DNA of 64,000 nucleotides, from assembly GCA_965649765.1 (NCBI GenBank), contig OZ287754.1, forward strand, positions 48,298,001-48,362,000, written 5' to 3'. The position numbers and the translations under genes were made by a program. The notes beneath the pieces were generated by a model. That model searched no databases and was not told the DNA's origin. It saw only the letters and a list, made by a program, of their open reading frames with translations. Numbering within the stretch: the first letter of the stretch is position 1; every line of letters starts with the position of its first letter. The stretch comes from Bispira polyomma (Eukaryota). This document shows, piece by piece, positions 38,553 to 50,717 of the stretch.

Positions 38553-38650
38553 GTTGAATTTCAGTTGAGTTTTAACGTCACTTTCAACAGCTTAGGTCAT
38601 ATCACAAGGCCAGATTCAATGGTGAAAGAAACCAGTGCTGAAAACTGTAA
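38553..38650 (-). mobile_element. SINE family B 3' fragment next to the exon I acceptor
   Basis: GTTTTAACGTCACTTTCAACAGCTTAGGTCATATCAC...ACCAGTGCTGAA. Confidence 0.75.
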
Positions 38651-39249
38651 ATTACTAGAGCTGCACAGAGTATAAGTTTTGCACCCGAGTAATCTTTTAC
38701 CATTACTCTACTCTTTAATGAGTACTCTTTTTTTTCAGTCCAAACATAGCAAGAACTTGCAAAATTTTCTTTTCAAAGTTGTAGAAAATAACTAAATTGA
38801 GAGAAATTTTGTGAGAATATTTATAAAACTGTGGATATCAAACAAGGAAGGAGTGTTCTTTTTCTATAATTTTGAAATTAAAATAGTTCATTACTCTATT
38901 CTTCAACGAGCACTCGAGTACTACATTTACAGCCTTACAAATTACCCACCATTCGCAGTACTTCATTTGCATTGCTTACACAGAAACTTATGCAAGAGCG
39001 CCACCTAGGAAATGTATCTGCGATCAACGTATCTTTCTCCCAAAGTATAGACGCCTTGTGTTTTTTTTTTGTTTGATGAAGTGAAGTGGGAAGAATATGT
39101 TAAAAACAGCAAATAAGCTTGTTATTTGTGACTGATAATCTATCAAAAAAAGTCCTTGAATTTTCGGAAAATGTGTGGCCATATTTATCTATACTTAGTC
39201 GGCGAACGTGAGCGATGTTCGGAAAATTTTTACTACACAAATGACCTAC

Positions 39250-39395
39250 CATTGGGAGTACAGCTGTCCCGTCTAAGTTATCCACTACCAGGGGTCTCCC
39301 CCAGTTGTCTGGCAAGCCCTGTGTGGTGGTGGCCGTGTAGGCGTCCGTGGTAACAAACCCACGAGGAAGAGCGGCTGCTTGCTGGGCCTGTAATC
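39250..39395 (-). CDS. HIPK: HIPK exon H (GLQAQQAAALPRG...DNWGRPLVVD...LPM)
   Basis: TTAACAG acceptor phase 1, ATG|GTAGGT donor phase 0, open frame. Confidence 0.85.
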
Positions 39396-39958
39396 CTGTT
39401 AATAAAGTATAGTTGAACCCTGTTAACTCAAATCTGAAGGGACCATTAACATTTGTTCTACTCAACAGAAATTCTATGTAACAGGGTAAATTTTAATTCA
39501 AAATATAGCAATGGGACTAGAGATGTCAATACTGCAAAAAATTGAAGTTGACATTAATTATTCATATCGGCTCCGATTAGTCGTCTAATATTTTAAAATG
39601 CAGTTTATAGTATATTACCAATACAAAGCTGGTATTACTTGAAATAAGTAAAATAATGGGTCAAATATATACGTTTTGTCATTTGCTTGTTACAATTTTT
39701 GATGTTATGGGCCGTTTCTAATACATGTGACAAAACAGGAAGCATGTCATTTTAGTTAAAATTTCCATTGACTATATATAATATATAAATATTGATATTT
39801 TTCTCTTCCATGATTTAAAAAATTAATTTGTACTAAAAAAACTGAAGCTTTTTTTTTTTTGCAAATTGACTAGGCCTACTAGAATATTTTTGTGGTACTG
39901 AACGCAAAAATTACACAGGAAATGATGCAATGTATGTGTAATATATGTGCTAACTTAC

Positions 39959-40210
39959 CAGGCAGCTGTTGCCATGAGGACAGCATGAACCCCCCTCTAT
40001 GAGAGGGCCAAGTAGAGGAGATTGGAGCATTGCCCACAATGATCTGCCTGCCGCTCTGATCCAGCATGGATACGGGTAGAAACTGCTGGGCCGCGGCGGC
40101 AGTTGGCTGGGTGATGAGCTGCTGTGGGAGTTGCAGAGTTGGGGCGGCCTGCGTTACCATGGGAAGCCCGCCCAGCAACGAAGTCGGATGCTTTGGTGGA
40201 GATGCGAGGC
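39959..40210 (-). CDS. HIPK: HIPK exon G (GLASPPKH...PMVTQAAP...WQQLP)
   Basis: Resembles HIPK2 GLQASPSKH...PIVTQAP and WQQL. Phase 1/1, G|GTAAGT donor. Confidence 0.9.
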
Positions 40211-40444
40211 CTGTTATTGTCAATATTTAAGGGTGCAAAATTAAAATAAATGAAGACAATACATTTATGAGGCCATAACCCTTTTATTACATATAATTTG
40301 ATAACATTACAGATACATACCATACAATAATACCCAACTCATACATCTTGAAATTGAAAATACCAAAATCCATGCAAATACTGTGTTTCCCTAAAAAAGG
40401 CCCAGAAGAAAATTATTTAAACAATGGGAAAAGGGGAAATAAAA

Positions 40445-40621
40445 ATAGAACCTCTATTATCTTAAGAGAGCAAGATTTTGTTTGGATAATAGAAGATTCA
40501 TAAAATTAACAAGGCATTTCTGTATATAAATAATAGGAAAACTGAAAGTTGGGAGAGCAGAAATGAGGTCATAAAATCAACTGTTCGTACAATAGAAGTT
40601 TTGATAATAGCGGTTCTACTG
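40445..40621. mobile_element. MITE, CAGTAGAACCTC family
   Basis: TAGAACCTCTATTATC...GATAATAGCGGTTCTACTGTA. Confidence 0.7.
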
Positions 40622-40980
40622 TACAAAGATGGTGGCGGTAAAGGTCATTTGTCGTGGTGTTGGCCCAAAAGAAGAGAAAGGTCAAAACATCAGTAGATCA
40701 GTATAGATTAAGAAATATCAGGCTTGTATTTCAGAGGCTTTATAACTCTCTCTTAAAAGACCATGCAGGCTTCTATCCATGTATTAGGATTGACAACACC
40801 AGAGAAAGCTGAAAGGAGGACTACTTCTCACCACCATCACCAATAAAGAGAAGAGAACTAGTTAGTATGCCACAGTTAAAAATTGCTGGCTAAATGTAAA
40901 ACGAGAATGTTAAAGAAGACAGGTAGAAACTCTTTAAATTAAGAATTGCGTAAAATGTGAATTCTTTTGAAAGAAAAATT

Positions 40981-41480
40981 TGAATTTGGTTGGGTTTTAC
41001 GTCGCTTTCAACAGCTTAGTTTTGTATCGCGACTGCCAGAGTTAAGGGTGTAACACACCAGTACTGAAGCACAGTAAATAACCAACCTTTGGCAAGTACC
41101 TGACAAACTTTCCCCCATTAAGGAACGAACAGGATTTGAGCCCACTTTGGTCAGAGGGCAGTATTTTTTTTTTTTCTTTTGAATTGGGATATTTAACGTC
41201 CACTCTAGTACATGTTTAGGTTATATTAGGACGGGTAGTTGGAAACGCTGGAGGAAACACTGCATACAGTTGATCAAGGTTCTGCAGTGAAACCAGCGGC
41301 CTACAGTAAGGAACTGCCACCTTTCCCACACAGGCATCTACGGGAGTCGCACTCACGTCGCCCAGAGGTGAGAGACCAGTGATTGTGAAGCGCAATGCTT
41401 GCTAACCACTAGGCCACTGCGGCCCCGTCAGAGGCCAGTAATAGTAAAACAAACACTAACCACTAGGCCATTGCAGCTCC
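40981..41480 (-). mobile_element. SINE family B (host of the nested family A copy)
   Basis: Tail TTGGGTTTTACGTCGCTTTCAACAGCTTAG, core GGCAAGTACCTGACAAACTTTCCC. Head resumes after the insertion (AACCACTAGGCCA). Confidence 0.85.
41164..41427 (-). mobile_element. SINE family A nested in a family B SINE
   Basis: TSD GTCAGAGG(G/C)CAGTA taken from the family B head. Poly-T on the + strand. Confidence 0.9.
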
Positions 41481-43428
41481 CATTTTTGTACAGAAGCAGA
41501 TGTCTAATGTGCTATATGCTCTTGACACAGAAACACCATCGACAATTGATTTTGAAAATAAAACATTTACTAAGTAGCGATATAATAATATTTTCAATGT
41601 GTAAACATTGTAAAAATGTCTGGATTGAAAAGCAAGGAAGCAAAATGAGGGTTACATATAGTGCTGGGATAGGCAATAGTTTCACAAGATCGAGTGTCGC
41701 ATTTGTTGAGCGAGTTGAACTCGAGTAGACGAAACCTAAGAACTCGCAAACATCTTAACGTCTAGAATACGGGTATACACACATTTAGTATGAACCAATA
41801 TCAGAAACAAGTCTAGAAAAATATGGCGGCTTATGTAAACAAAATATTTCGAACAAAATGGCAAATATCTGCGGGAATATTGGAAATTAAGCTCTAAGTT
41901 AGAGCCCCTAACAATATGATATATAGCGAGTTGGGAGTTGTTTTGATTTGTCTTGGGCGGTTTTGGGGTTACATGTATTCAACTCGAGTGATTAATCACA
42001 AGACATGATACTTGCTTGATTTATCACCCAACGAGTTCAGGCTTGAGTTTCGCTAGACTCAGAACTGCACTAGTTACATAGTGAAATTGTACAGTTGTTA
42101 CGGGTCTTATGTCGTACTTAGTTTCACTGTCACATGGGTCAAAATATACATGCACTTTGGGGGTTTCCAAGTTATCCTTCATAATACCACCACACATTAG
42201 CTTGTTTAGTGATAAGGTACCAACAAAAGAAAGCACACCTCTATATTTTAAAACATTCTCCGACAATTAGTATAGGCTTCAAATTCAAACCAAGTGAAGG
42301 AGAGTATAAGCAAAAGAACTACAAGAATCTATAGTACCAGAGGTCTGTTTGGGTTTCTAAAGAAAACTAATGTCAAAGTTTTGACATGAAGTCCATTTTG
42401 AATCACACTAATTGAGAAATCTATCTGCAGTAATAGGATAGAATATACTATTTTTGTAAAAACCATCCTATGACAGATTTATAATATTCTGACAAAACGT
42501 TACACATAAAATAAAAAAAACGATACATTGATCATATATAAAGCTTAAAGCTTAAGCTAAAACAAAGGCAATACTTCCTGTTTAATTAAACTAATTAAAT
42601 ATCACTCTTGGGTTTTTTTCAACACAATAAAAAGTTTGTATAAAAGCATTAACAGCAAATAAGCAAATACTTTTTTCTACTTGTTAAAAGTTAAAAATCT
42701 ACATATCAAAGAACATTACACAAAACATCGCTAAGAGATGATATATACACACTTGTTCTATATATAAGTTTTATTAAAATCACTACAAGAATTATTAATA
42801 AATATCCACAAAACTGTTATATATGAGAAAAAGTAGTGAAAAATAAGAAAGAAAAGTTGTTAACATACCATAAAGCCTGCATGTGTCTTAGTATTGATTT
42901 ATTTTTCCCCAAACAAACCAACCCTCCATTGGTTGATTGACTTTTAAGCCTCCTAGTTATATTTTAACAGTGGTTAAAAGGTTCAGATGAATAAATGTGA
43001 TGGATCACAATATTAGAAATTACAACAGAGAGACAACCTCAGCATATAATAATACAGCCTCTAAAATTTGTAGTATTTTATTACAACTGAACTTTAGAAA
43101 TGTTTAGTTTGACATCATTTAAGAGAAATGTTTATTTTGACATCATTTAAGAGAGAGTTCTCAGAATATATCTTAAAGGTACACCGTAATAGTCTCATAG
43201 TTATAAATTTCAATTCCCAAAATCTCAATATACGATATATTACAAAAGAACTGTCAATATTTTATTGGTACACATTTTTTAAATTTCATAATTTCCTTCT
43301 CCCTTTTTTGTTAACGATCATCTTTTGATGTCTTAAAAAGCCATATTGTGCTTGCCAAAATCCTATACATTCTAAAATTCCCCATACCCCCAAAAAGCAG
43401 AAACCAATATCAAAGACACACTGTTTAC

Positions 43429-43759
43429 CTTGCAGGCCATTGGATGTTAATATAATCGAGGACATACACAATGAGGGAGGGAAGGCATCCGCAGCTGCAC
43501 TGGGCCGACCACTGGTTGCGGCTGCAAATGGTCCCGCAGCTGCTGCAGCTGCCGCAACAGCTGCAGCCGCTGCGGCCTGGTTGCTGCGTGAGGTATGCTG
43601 TTGTAGCTGGGCCAGTCGACTCGCAGGCTGGTACTGCACAAAAGGTCCCGCAGTCGTGGGCTGCAGCTGGGGTGGAATATACTGCAGCTGTTCTGCAGCA
43701 GCTGCAGCCGCAGCTGCTGCCGCTGCCTGCTGGTTTGTGCTTAACATGTGTGTCGCAAT
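43429..43759 (-). CDS. HIPK: HIPK exon F (poly-Ala/Gln-rich)
   Basis: TTTTGCAG acceptor and CAAG|GTAAAC donor. Phases 0/1 fit the neighbouring exons. GC-rich coding composition. Confidence 0.88.
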
Positions 43760-43984
43760 CTGCAAAAATATAGATGGTTGAAGTATTAATGAAGGAATAG
43801 AGCGTAGTGTTGTGTGATTGAATTTTTTTATCTAAAACTAGATTTTATTCTCGTACTCATGAATATGCAGACAATAGATTAATAAGACAATATTTCTATG
43901 CTGACAAAGTACATAAACAGATATATTTTTAAACCACCCTCATTTCATGATCTACATCATTATATTATTTTTTGTTGAAGCATT

Positions 43985-44292
43985 CTCTGAGGTGCTCGTT
44001 CTCTGAAAGGTATAGCCCTACAACATAGCCTCGGGCCATCATTGGTAATGGCGTGTTCACAATTGCCGAAGGATGTTATATCACCAATGACCTTAGTGGC
44101 ATTAGAGGGAGTTGAACAGGGGACCTTCCTATTACCAGACCAACAAGGAGTCAAACCTTCTTATCACCAGACCAACTCCCCGAACCCAGAGTTAAGTCCA
44201 GGACATTCTGGTCACCAGACCAATTCCCCAAACCAAGAGTTAAACTTGAGACCTTCTTATTACCAGACTAACTCCCTATCCACTAGGCCATG
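43985..44292 (-). mobile_element. tRNA-derived SINE with tandemly amplified head segment
   Basis: Ends ATCCACTAGGCCA. Contains four CCTTCTTAT(C/T)ACCAGACCAAC-like units. Confidence 0.55.
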
Positions 44293-44817
44293 GAAGACCA
44301 TATATATCTCCACCGGGTCGTAACCTGAACTGGGGGTAGCGTAGAGTCTCAGATAATAACACTGTGTTTGCACCTGTATTTCTTTTATTCTATTTCACAA
44401 CATCCAACATATATATATACATAGTCTCCCTTGCCTCTGGGAGGCTTTAGTCCAGGAGGGCTGGCAAAGCAGAACAGAGCCAGAGAAAGAGCAAGTGAGA
44501 GACTGCACTCCTGTCTGGGTGGGTTTACATAGAGGTAGTTCCTGTAATTATAATTAAGGAAGCTTAGTGGCTGCTCTCCAGCCAATGAGAGTCTGCCTAT
44601 GCAATGAGGGAAAGGCAGCAGAGAGTCATGTCTATAATTAGAGATGAGTAAGACTCAAGTATTGATTTAGAGAAGGGAGATGTGACTAGTTATCCGACAA
44701 TACAAGTAATACTGATGCATCACTGCACATGCAGCTGCAGGACTAAAAGTACCTCACAATATAGAAAGGTAAAACTGTATATTTTACAAGTTATTCACAA
44801 TAAAAGAATATTCAAAC

Positions 44818-44986
44818 CTGGTTGGTCAGGGAATTCACGTGGTTGTTGAATGAGAGTGTCAGATTTCCGGTGGAAGAGGGCAGGAAGTTTGCCATCATGG
44901 TGCCACCATTCTGTTTGAGGTCGTACACTCCGGGAGTGGTCTTTGGAAGGCGGCAGATCTCCATTGCCTGGGCACACTGCTTTACA
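44818..44986 (-). CDS. HIPK: HIPK exon E (VKQCAQAMEICR...PSSTGNLTLSFNN...TNQ)
   Basis: Resembles HIPK VKSCFQNMEICK...PSTSTNLTMTFNNQ. Phase 2 acceptor, CAG|GTTTGA donor. Confidence 0.92.
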
Positions 44987-45299
44987 CTGTTTAATAGGAA
45001 CACAGAATAACTTCTAGTATGTTATATGTATCACTCTCAGTCTAGTAAGGTAATATCCTGTCAGTCACATCATTGTACCCTGAGAATGTATATGTTACAG
45101 TAAATCTGTGTGATCAGTGATCAGACACATTTATTTCACCACTATACTGAAGGTCCATTCAGTAAATATGTTCAATACAAAAATTATTGAAATTTTTTTA
45201 AACTTTTTAATCGTTATCTACGTTCAGAACCTTTGTATCTGCATATAGACCCTGAGCATTATGTCGTTTCTCTTGGGGTCAAAAGGATTACACTGTCTT

Positions 45300-45733
45300 T
45301 TTTTGAGTGACATGAAACAAAAGTGAGTCCCTAAGTTACAGTAGTAACCATAGTCCATCAAGTGAGCCAGGTTTATAAGGGGATGGTTATTTTGAGTGAA
45401 ATGAAGCCGTCCCTAACTTACATGTTACAGTGAGCATAGTTCATCAAGTGTGCCAGGTTTATAAAGGGATGGTTATTTTTGAGTGAACTGAAGCCATCCT
45501 TAACTTACATGTTACAGCGAGCACAATCCATTAAGCAAGCCAGGTTTATAAAGGGATGGTTATTTTGAGTGAACTGAAGCAGTCTTTAACTTACATGTTG
45601 CAGTGAACATAGTCCATCAAGTGAGCCAGGTTGATAAAAGGATGGTTATTTTGAATGAAATGAAGCAGTCCTTAACTTACATGTTGCAGTGAGCATAGTC
45701 CATCAAGTGAGCCAGGTTTATAAAGGGATGGTT
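45300..45733 (-). repeat. 86-bp tandem array (4 copies plus the real junction) of the exon D 3' end and donor
   Basis: Donor dinucleotide recurs at 45679, 45593, 45507, 45420 and 45338. About 53 nt of exon plus 33 nt of intron per unit. Confidence 0.95.
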
Positions 45734-45865
45734 TAATGCCTCCCCTGGAGTGATTCTCCTCTCTTGGTCTAAAGTCAGCATTCTCTTCAGTAAATCTATA
45801 AACTCACGTCTGTCCACTTTCTCTGCCATTAACTCACTACCTTCGAAATCTGTCGGAACATTGAT
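45681..45865 (-). CDS. HIPK: HIPK exon D (end of kinase domain: [48 protein letters not shown]...HCN)
   Basis: Subdomain [30 protein letters not shown] acceptor, AT|GTAAGT donor. Confidence 0.96.
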
Positions 45866-46999
45866 CTGAAAGCAACAGAAGACAAGGCTCAATAATAAGT
45901 ATCCCTTAAATATTATTTAGAACAAAATTCACGCTACTTTTACTTATGTAAGTTATATCCGATATAGCAAAATCAAAACCCTAGCTTTAAAAGTTTTAAT
46001 TAATTTTTTTTTGAGAATCTTCTAGTATCTGAAACAAATACATGTAATAAGAACTAAATTCACACCACATTTACTTAGATAAATTACGTTTTGTAAAGTA
46101 AGATAAAAATCCTAACTTTAAAAATTAAAATTTTTATGAACGGTCAGAACCTAGTATTATATGCACCCCTTTTTTCATTCATCTAGGTTTGTTTGGTTAA
46201 TAGAGGTTTAGACGTACCATATCTGTGGCCTAGTGTGCGATATACTCACTTAGGTACACAGAGGACATGGGTTTAATCCTAGCCTGGGAATCGCAGACAC
46301 ATAAAGTCAATTGTACCTGCCGTTTTAGCCATGGGTATCGACCCGCCAAATGCAGCAAATGCCCTGTTTCGCTTTAGTTGGTTTGTAACAGTCCAAACAA
46401 TTATAAACTGCAAATTTCAGTAATTATTTAATGAGAACGGCATGTACCAATCGACTTCTGCCAGTGACTCCGATGTCCTCTTAAAATGGCTGTCCTTAAA
46501 GACTTTGGTAAATGGTCATCCTGAAGCCTCTGTATTCAATTAGGTTAACGACAGTTACTGGTTGTGGATGGCAGAACTTCAGGAGTCAAATCAAGGTTAA
46601 TTAAAGGTTAATTAAAGCTTTGAGCCCATAGAAAGCAATGGAGATACTGCTACGGAAACTATGGCTATGGAAACTTAGTGAGTAGATCATTTATATGTCG
46701 TGACATCAATATCTAAGTTTAAAATTATTCCCATGTCGGTCAAACTTAGGACATTACCCAGAAATTGGATATTTTTTTTTTCTAAATAAAGACTGTCTGT
46801 CTAAACAAAAGACTGCAGCATTGTTTGTAAGGAGTTTTACAAGTAAAACCGGTTTCAAATGTTAACTTTATGTTAAGGGACGGTATCAGGTTGCAGTTGT
46901 ACAGGATATGGACGTACACATATGTCAGGCATCTCTACCTACCGCACCTATGAACTCAAACAGTCATATTGCCAATATCGAAATACAATTTACCGACTA

Positions 47000-47119
<120 letters not shown>

Positions 47120-47494
47120 CTAAAGAAAAATATAGAAAGGTCAACATTTTAAAAAAACCCAAGCTCATATTCACTTTGTTGAACATTCTAATACTTTTAT
47201 CTCACCCAATTTGATTGGTTGTTTTAAATAATCTGCATGGCTGAGACTAACCCACGACTGTTTGGATAGGGTAGAAGGCGAGAATATTAGCTTCCTTGTT
47301 TATGTCAATGATGCATTCACAATATTTATACAAAGTCCTTTACGTAGAACCTTGTTGGGCCAATTTGTGTTTTACAAATGCCTTCGCTTTAAAAATCTAG
47401 TCTATTAAGTGGAAATCCTGCTTATGTAGAGGTATTTTACCTTGTCCCTTGAAGTATATACAGCCATTATAAAATTGTGTCAGACCTTTATATT

Positions 47495-47710
47495 TAGTTT
47501 TTTAATTTAGTTTAGGGTTTTATTTCGCTTCCAACAGCTTAGGTCATGTTATAACGACCAGACACAAAAGAGTAAGAAACCAGTGCTGAAGTACTATAAA
47601 TCAGCAGTAGCTGACTTGCCCATGTGAAGGAACAAATAGGATTCGAACCCACATTGGTGAGAGACTAGTGAATGTGAAGCATGCACTTCTAACCACTAGG
47701 CCACAGCGGA
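47495..47710 (-). mobile_element. SINE family B
   Basis: CAACAGCTTAGGTCATG...GGATTCGAACCCACATTGGTGAGA...TAACCACTAGGCCAC. Confidence 0.8.
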
Positions 47711-47924
47711 TTTGTGCATACAACTGAACCCAGCCATCTGGAATCAGCTTTCTTTCAGGGCAAAAAAATACTGATCTGTTAGAAAGGGGTAATATTTCTG
47801 TTTACTTTTACAGATTAGTGTCTATGACAAAAATTAACAAAATACAGAAATACAACTAACACCATATATATGCAGGAGAGTAAGAAATGAGTCTTGCCTC
47901 GTTTATATTTATTTATATATGTAA

Positions 47925-48182
47925 CAGGCCAAATTAAAATCCAGGCGGATTTTAAATCCGCCTAGGCGAGATTAAAATTCTAATCTCGCCTAGGCGAAAT
48001 CAAAATTTTAATCTCGCCTAGGCGGTTTTAAAATCCGCGTAGACCAAATTAAAATTTTGATTTCGCGTAGGCGGAATTAAAATTTCCAAGTTTGTCTCAT
48101 AGAATTTTAATCTCGCCTAGGCGGATTTAAAATCTGCCTAGACCAAATTGAAATTTTGATTTCGCCTAGGCGAGATTAAAAT
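47925..48182. repeat. Array of CGCCTAGGCG palindromes (~8 units, ~30-bp spacing)
   Basis: Repeated AATCTCGCCTAGGCGAGATT-like self-complementary units. Confidence 0.88.
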
Positions 48183-48964
48183 AGAGGAAATAAAAATTTT
48201 AGATTGAGGCAAATATTAATTATTTCATTTATGTATGCAGACTTTAGCAAAAATGAGCCTCTGGGATACCGTTTGTCAAAAACTGTTCCAATTCCGGGAT
48301 ACTGAAAACAAAATAAACCCAAATACTGCTAATCAAATAGACTCTCTAGAACCGGAAGTAAGCGAAACCATATCAAAACAACATGTGCAGTTTACCAAAA
48401 ACGACTAAAACATAATGAGAACTATCAACATAAAACCAATTTTTATGATTCAATACATATTTTGTTGTTCACTCTCAGTAAAAAGCCTGCATATTTGAAA
48501 TACCGATATGAACTTTTGTTCGCTCGGCACATAAAATGGGCCCGTACCGACAATGCCGCCAGCACCAACGCAGCCCTACTAATTACTGCTTCTTACAAAT
48601 TAATCAAAGTAAAATTCAGCAGGTACAACAGTGGCAAAAAAATATATTTATTGGAAAACTTGCACCAACGTCTTTTTATATACAGAGTAATCACCTTTCT
48701 CGCATGGACTCAACTATTTCCATCTCTTAGTGTATATTTTAACTGTGAGCTCTGCTCATCACTAATTGCTTTACGACAATCATCTAGTATGGGCCCTCAT
48801 CAAACACAGAATAATTTCTAAAACAGAGCCAGCCTTCTTGAAGGCTTACAAATTCTCATAAATCTATACTTTGGCACCCGAGTCAAACCTTCACTTAAGC
48901 AGGATTTCCATTAAACAGGGACCACAGATATTTATCCACATAAAAGAGATCCAAAGACATTCAA

Positions 48965-49420
48965 GTCAAGGTCATGTAAGGTAGTTGGTCAAACCACTGA
49001 CCTTCAGCAATTCTACTACCAACTTTCCCACATATAATGTAAGGGGTGAGATTGGAACCCACAAGTGCAGAGATGTGAGGCGAGTGTGTTACCTCTACAG
49101 TACCGAGACACCTTTTTTATATCAAGAACCCTACGACAGCTTAGCCCCTTCAAGTCGAACCTCAAGGGACCGGGAGAAATAATACATCTACATTAAACAG
49201 GATTTCAACATAACAGGGTAGATTTTAACAGATGAGGCTTTTCTGTAATTTTAAATTTTCTCACATAGAAGAAAAATTCACTAAACATAGTTCTACTTAA
49301 AGGGGATGGACAGTAGTATACAAAGCTGTTAACCACTGGCCTTCAGCAAGTCTACTGCCAACTTTCTGGTTGAGATTCAAACTTACGACAGAGGTGGGAG
49401 GCGAGTGTGTTGAGCCTCTT
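48965..49420 (-). mobile_element. Two related SINE fragments
   Basis: AACCACTG(A/G)CCTTCAGCAA(T/G)TCTACT(A/G)CCAACTTTC...GAGGCGAGTGTGTT at ~48990 and ~49330. Confidence 0.6.
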
Positions 49421-50075
49421 AAGTTGAACCAAAAAAAACCAGTACACCTCATGGTAAATTTTATCGAGGAACTTTTTCGAAGGAACTGACAAATTTGAAC
49501 GATGTGCAAGGCTAAAGCAAAAATGTGCAGAAACTGGTCACCATATATGCTTAATTACACTGCGGAACTGCTTGTAATGATGTTCATAACAATGAATGGC
49601 AACATTTCAGTGATTCTTAGGGGACCTAAATATGTTTCTGCTTCATACAACAAGATACTGTAAATTGTAATGACTTTTTTACAGAATAAAAATGCCAATT
49701 ATTTTTCAGAATGTTCAAATAGTAAGTTAATTTGTCGTCTTCAAAGAGATAGATATGACAGATTATGAAATACTGTTAATTCCCTTATGTTGTGTTTAAT
49801 TTTTATTTCTATCCCTTTTGATATACCAGCCATTTTGAGGCCTGTCACTACAATAACTTAATTAACAAGGCAATAGAATAGACAGAAACTAGTCCACATA
49901 TAATTACGTTACAATTTTTTTTTACTAATTGCAAATCTGGGCCATGTTTTTCAACAAGAAATTTAAGCAACAAATCTCAAACTCTGACTCAACTCAAGTA
50001 AAGGGCGTGTGCAAAAAGTCCTTGTTTGTGGAAATAACCTTCACTTATGACTATTCATTCAAATAGAGCCTTATA

Positions 50076-50587
50076 CCGGTTCCGCTCTCGGAAGCGCCCA
50101 GGGGCGAAAACGACGAAAATTCAAAGAAGTTGGGGGTGGGCGTTTGCGAGAATGTGCCGTTACGTGAACTCGTTTTTCGTTTCGATCCGTATAAAATGAC
50201 ATAAAGTACATCAAAATCGCATATTTTATCTGTTAAATAGAATAATCAAGAAATCCATAGAATTTTTTGCGAAAAACAGCCCCATTTTGTTGTTTTTATC
50301 TTTAACTGTGTACCGGAAATTACAGGTGCTCCCAGGTGAGAAAACGTCACCATTGTTAGTGTACACAGGAAGCGGAAATTATGGCTGTTTATATGCCCAA
50401 ATTACCTTAAACTGGTATGTGTTACAAAGTTTTGCATATAAAAACATCGATTTTTGATAGTTTCTTTATGGTATTTGTTGTTATATGATACGTTTTTTTG
50501 CAAAATTATAAGGCCGTTTTCCGTTATATTTGAAAAATTGGGGATGGGCGTTTACGCGAACATGGGCGAGACGGAGAGCGGAACCAG
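50076..50587. mobile_element. CpG-rich non-autonomous DNA transposon
   Basis: TA-CCGGTTCCGCTCTC...GAGAGCGGAACCAG-TA terminal inverted repeats. Confidence 0.8.
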
Positions 50588-50717
50588 TAATTCCTCAATT
50601 CAAAAATACAGAGATCTTGGAAGAAACTGTACAATGATGAAAGTTTTAGTAATATTTAATTGATTCAGTGTAGACTGCATGCATTGCTTTATTTCTGACT
50701 CTGTTGCTATCTTGTAT

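Noticed and set aside
42862-42892. Possible 18-nt phase-1 microexon (donor TG|GTATGT) between exons F and G
   Set aside because: The acceptor would be a weak AAG with no polypyrimidine tract. Unsupported without transcript data.
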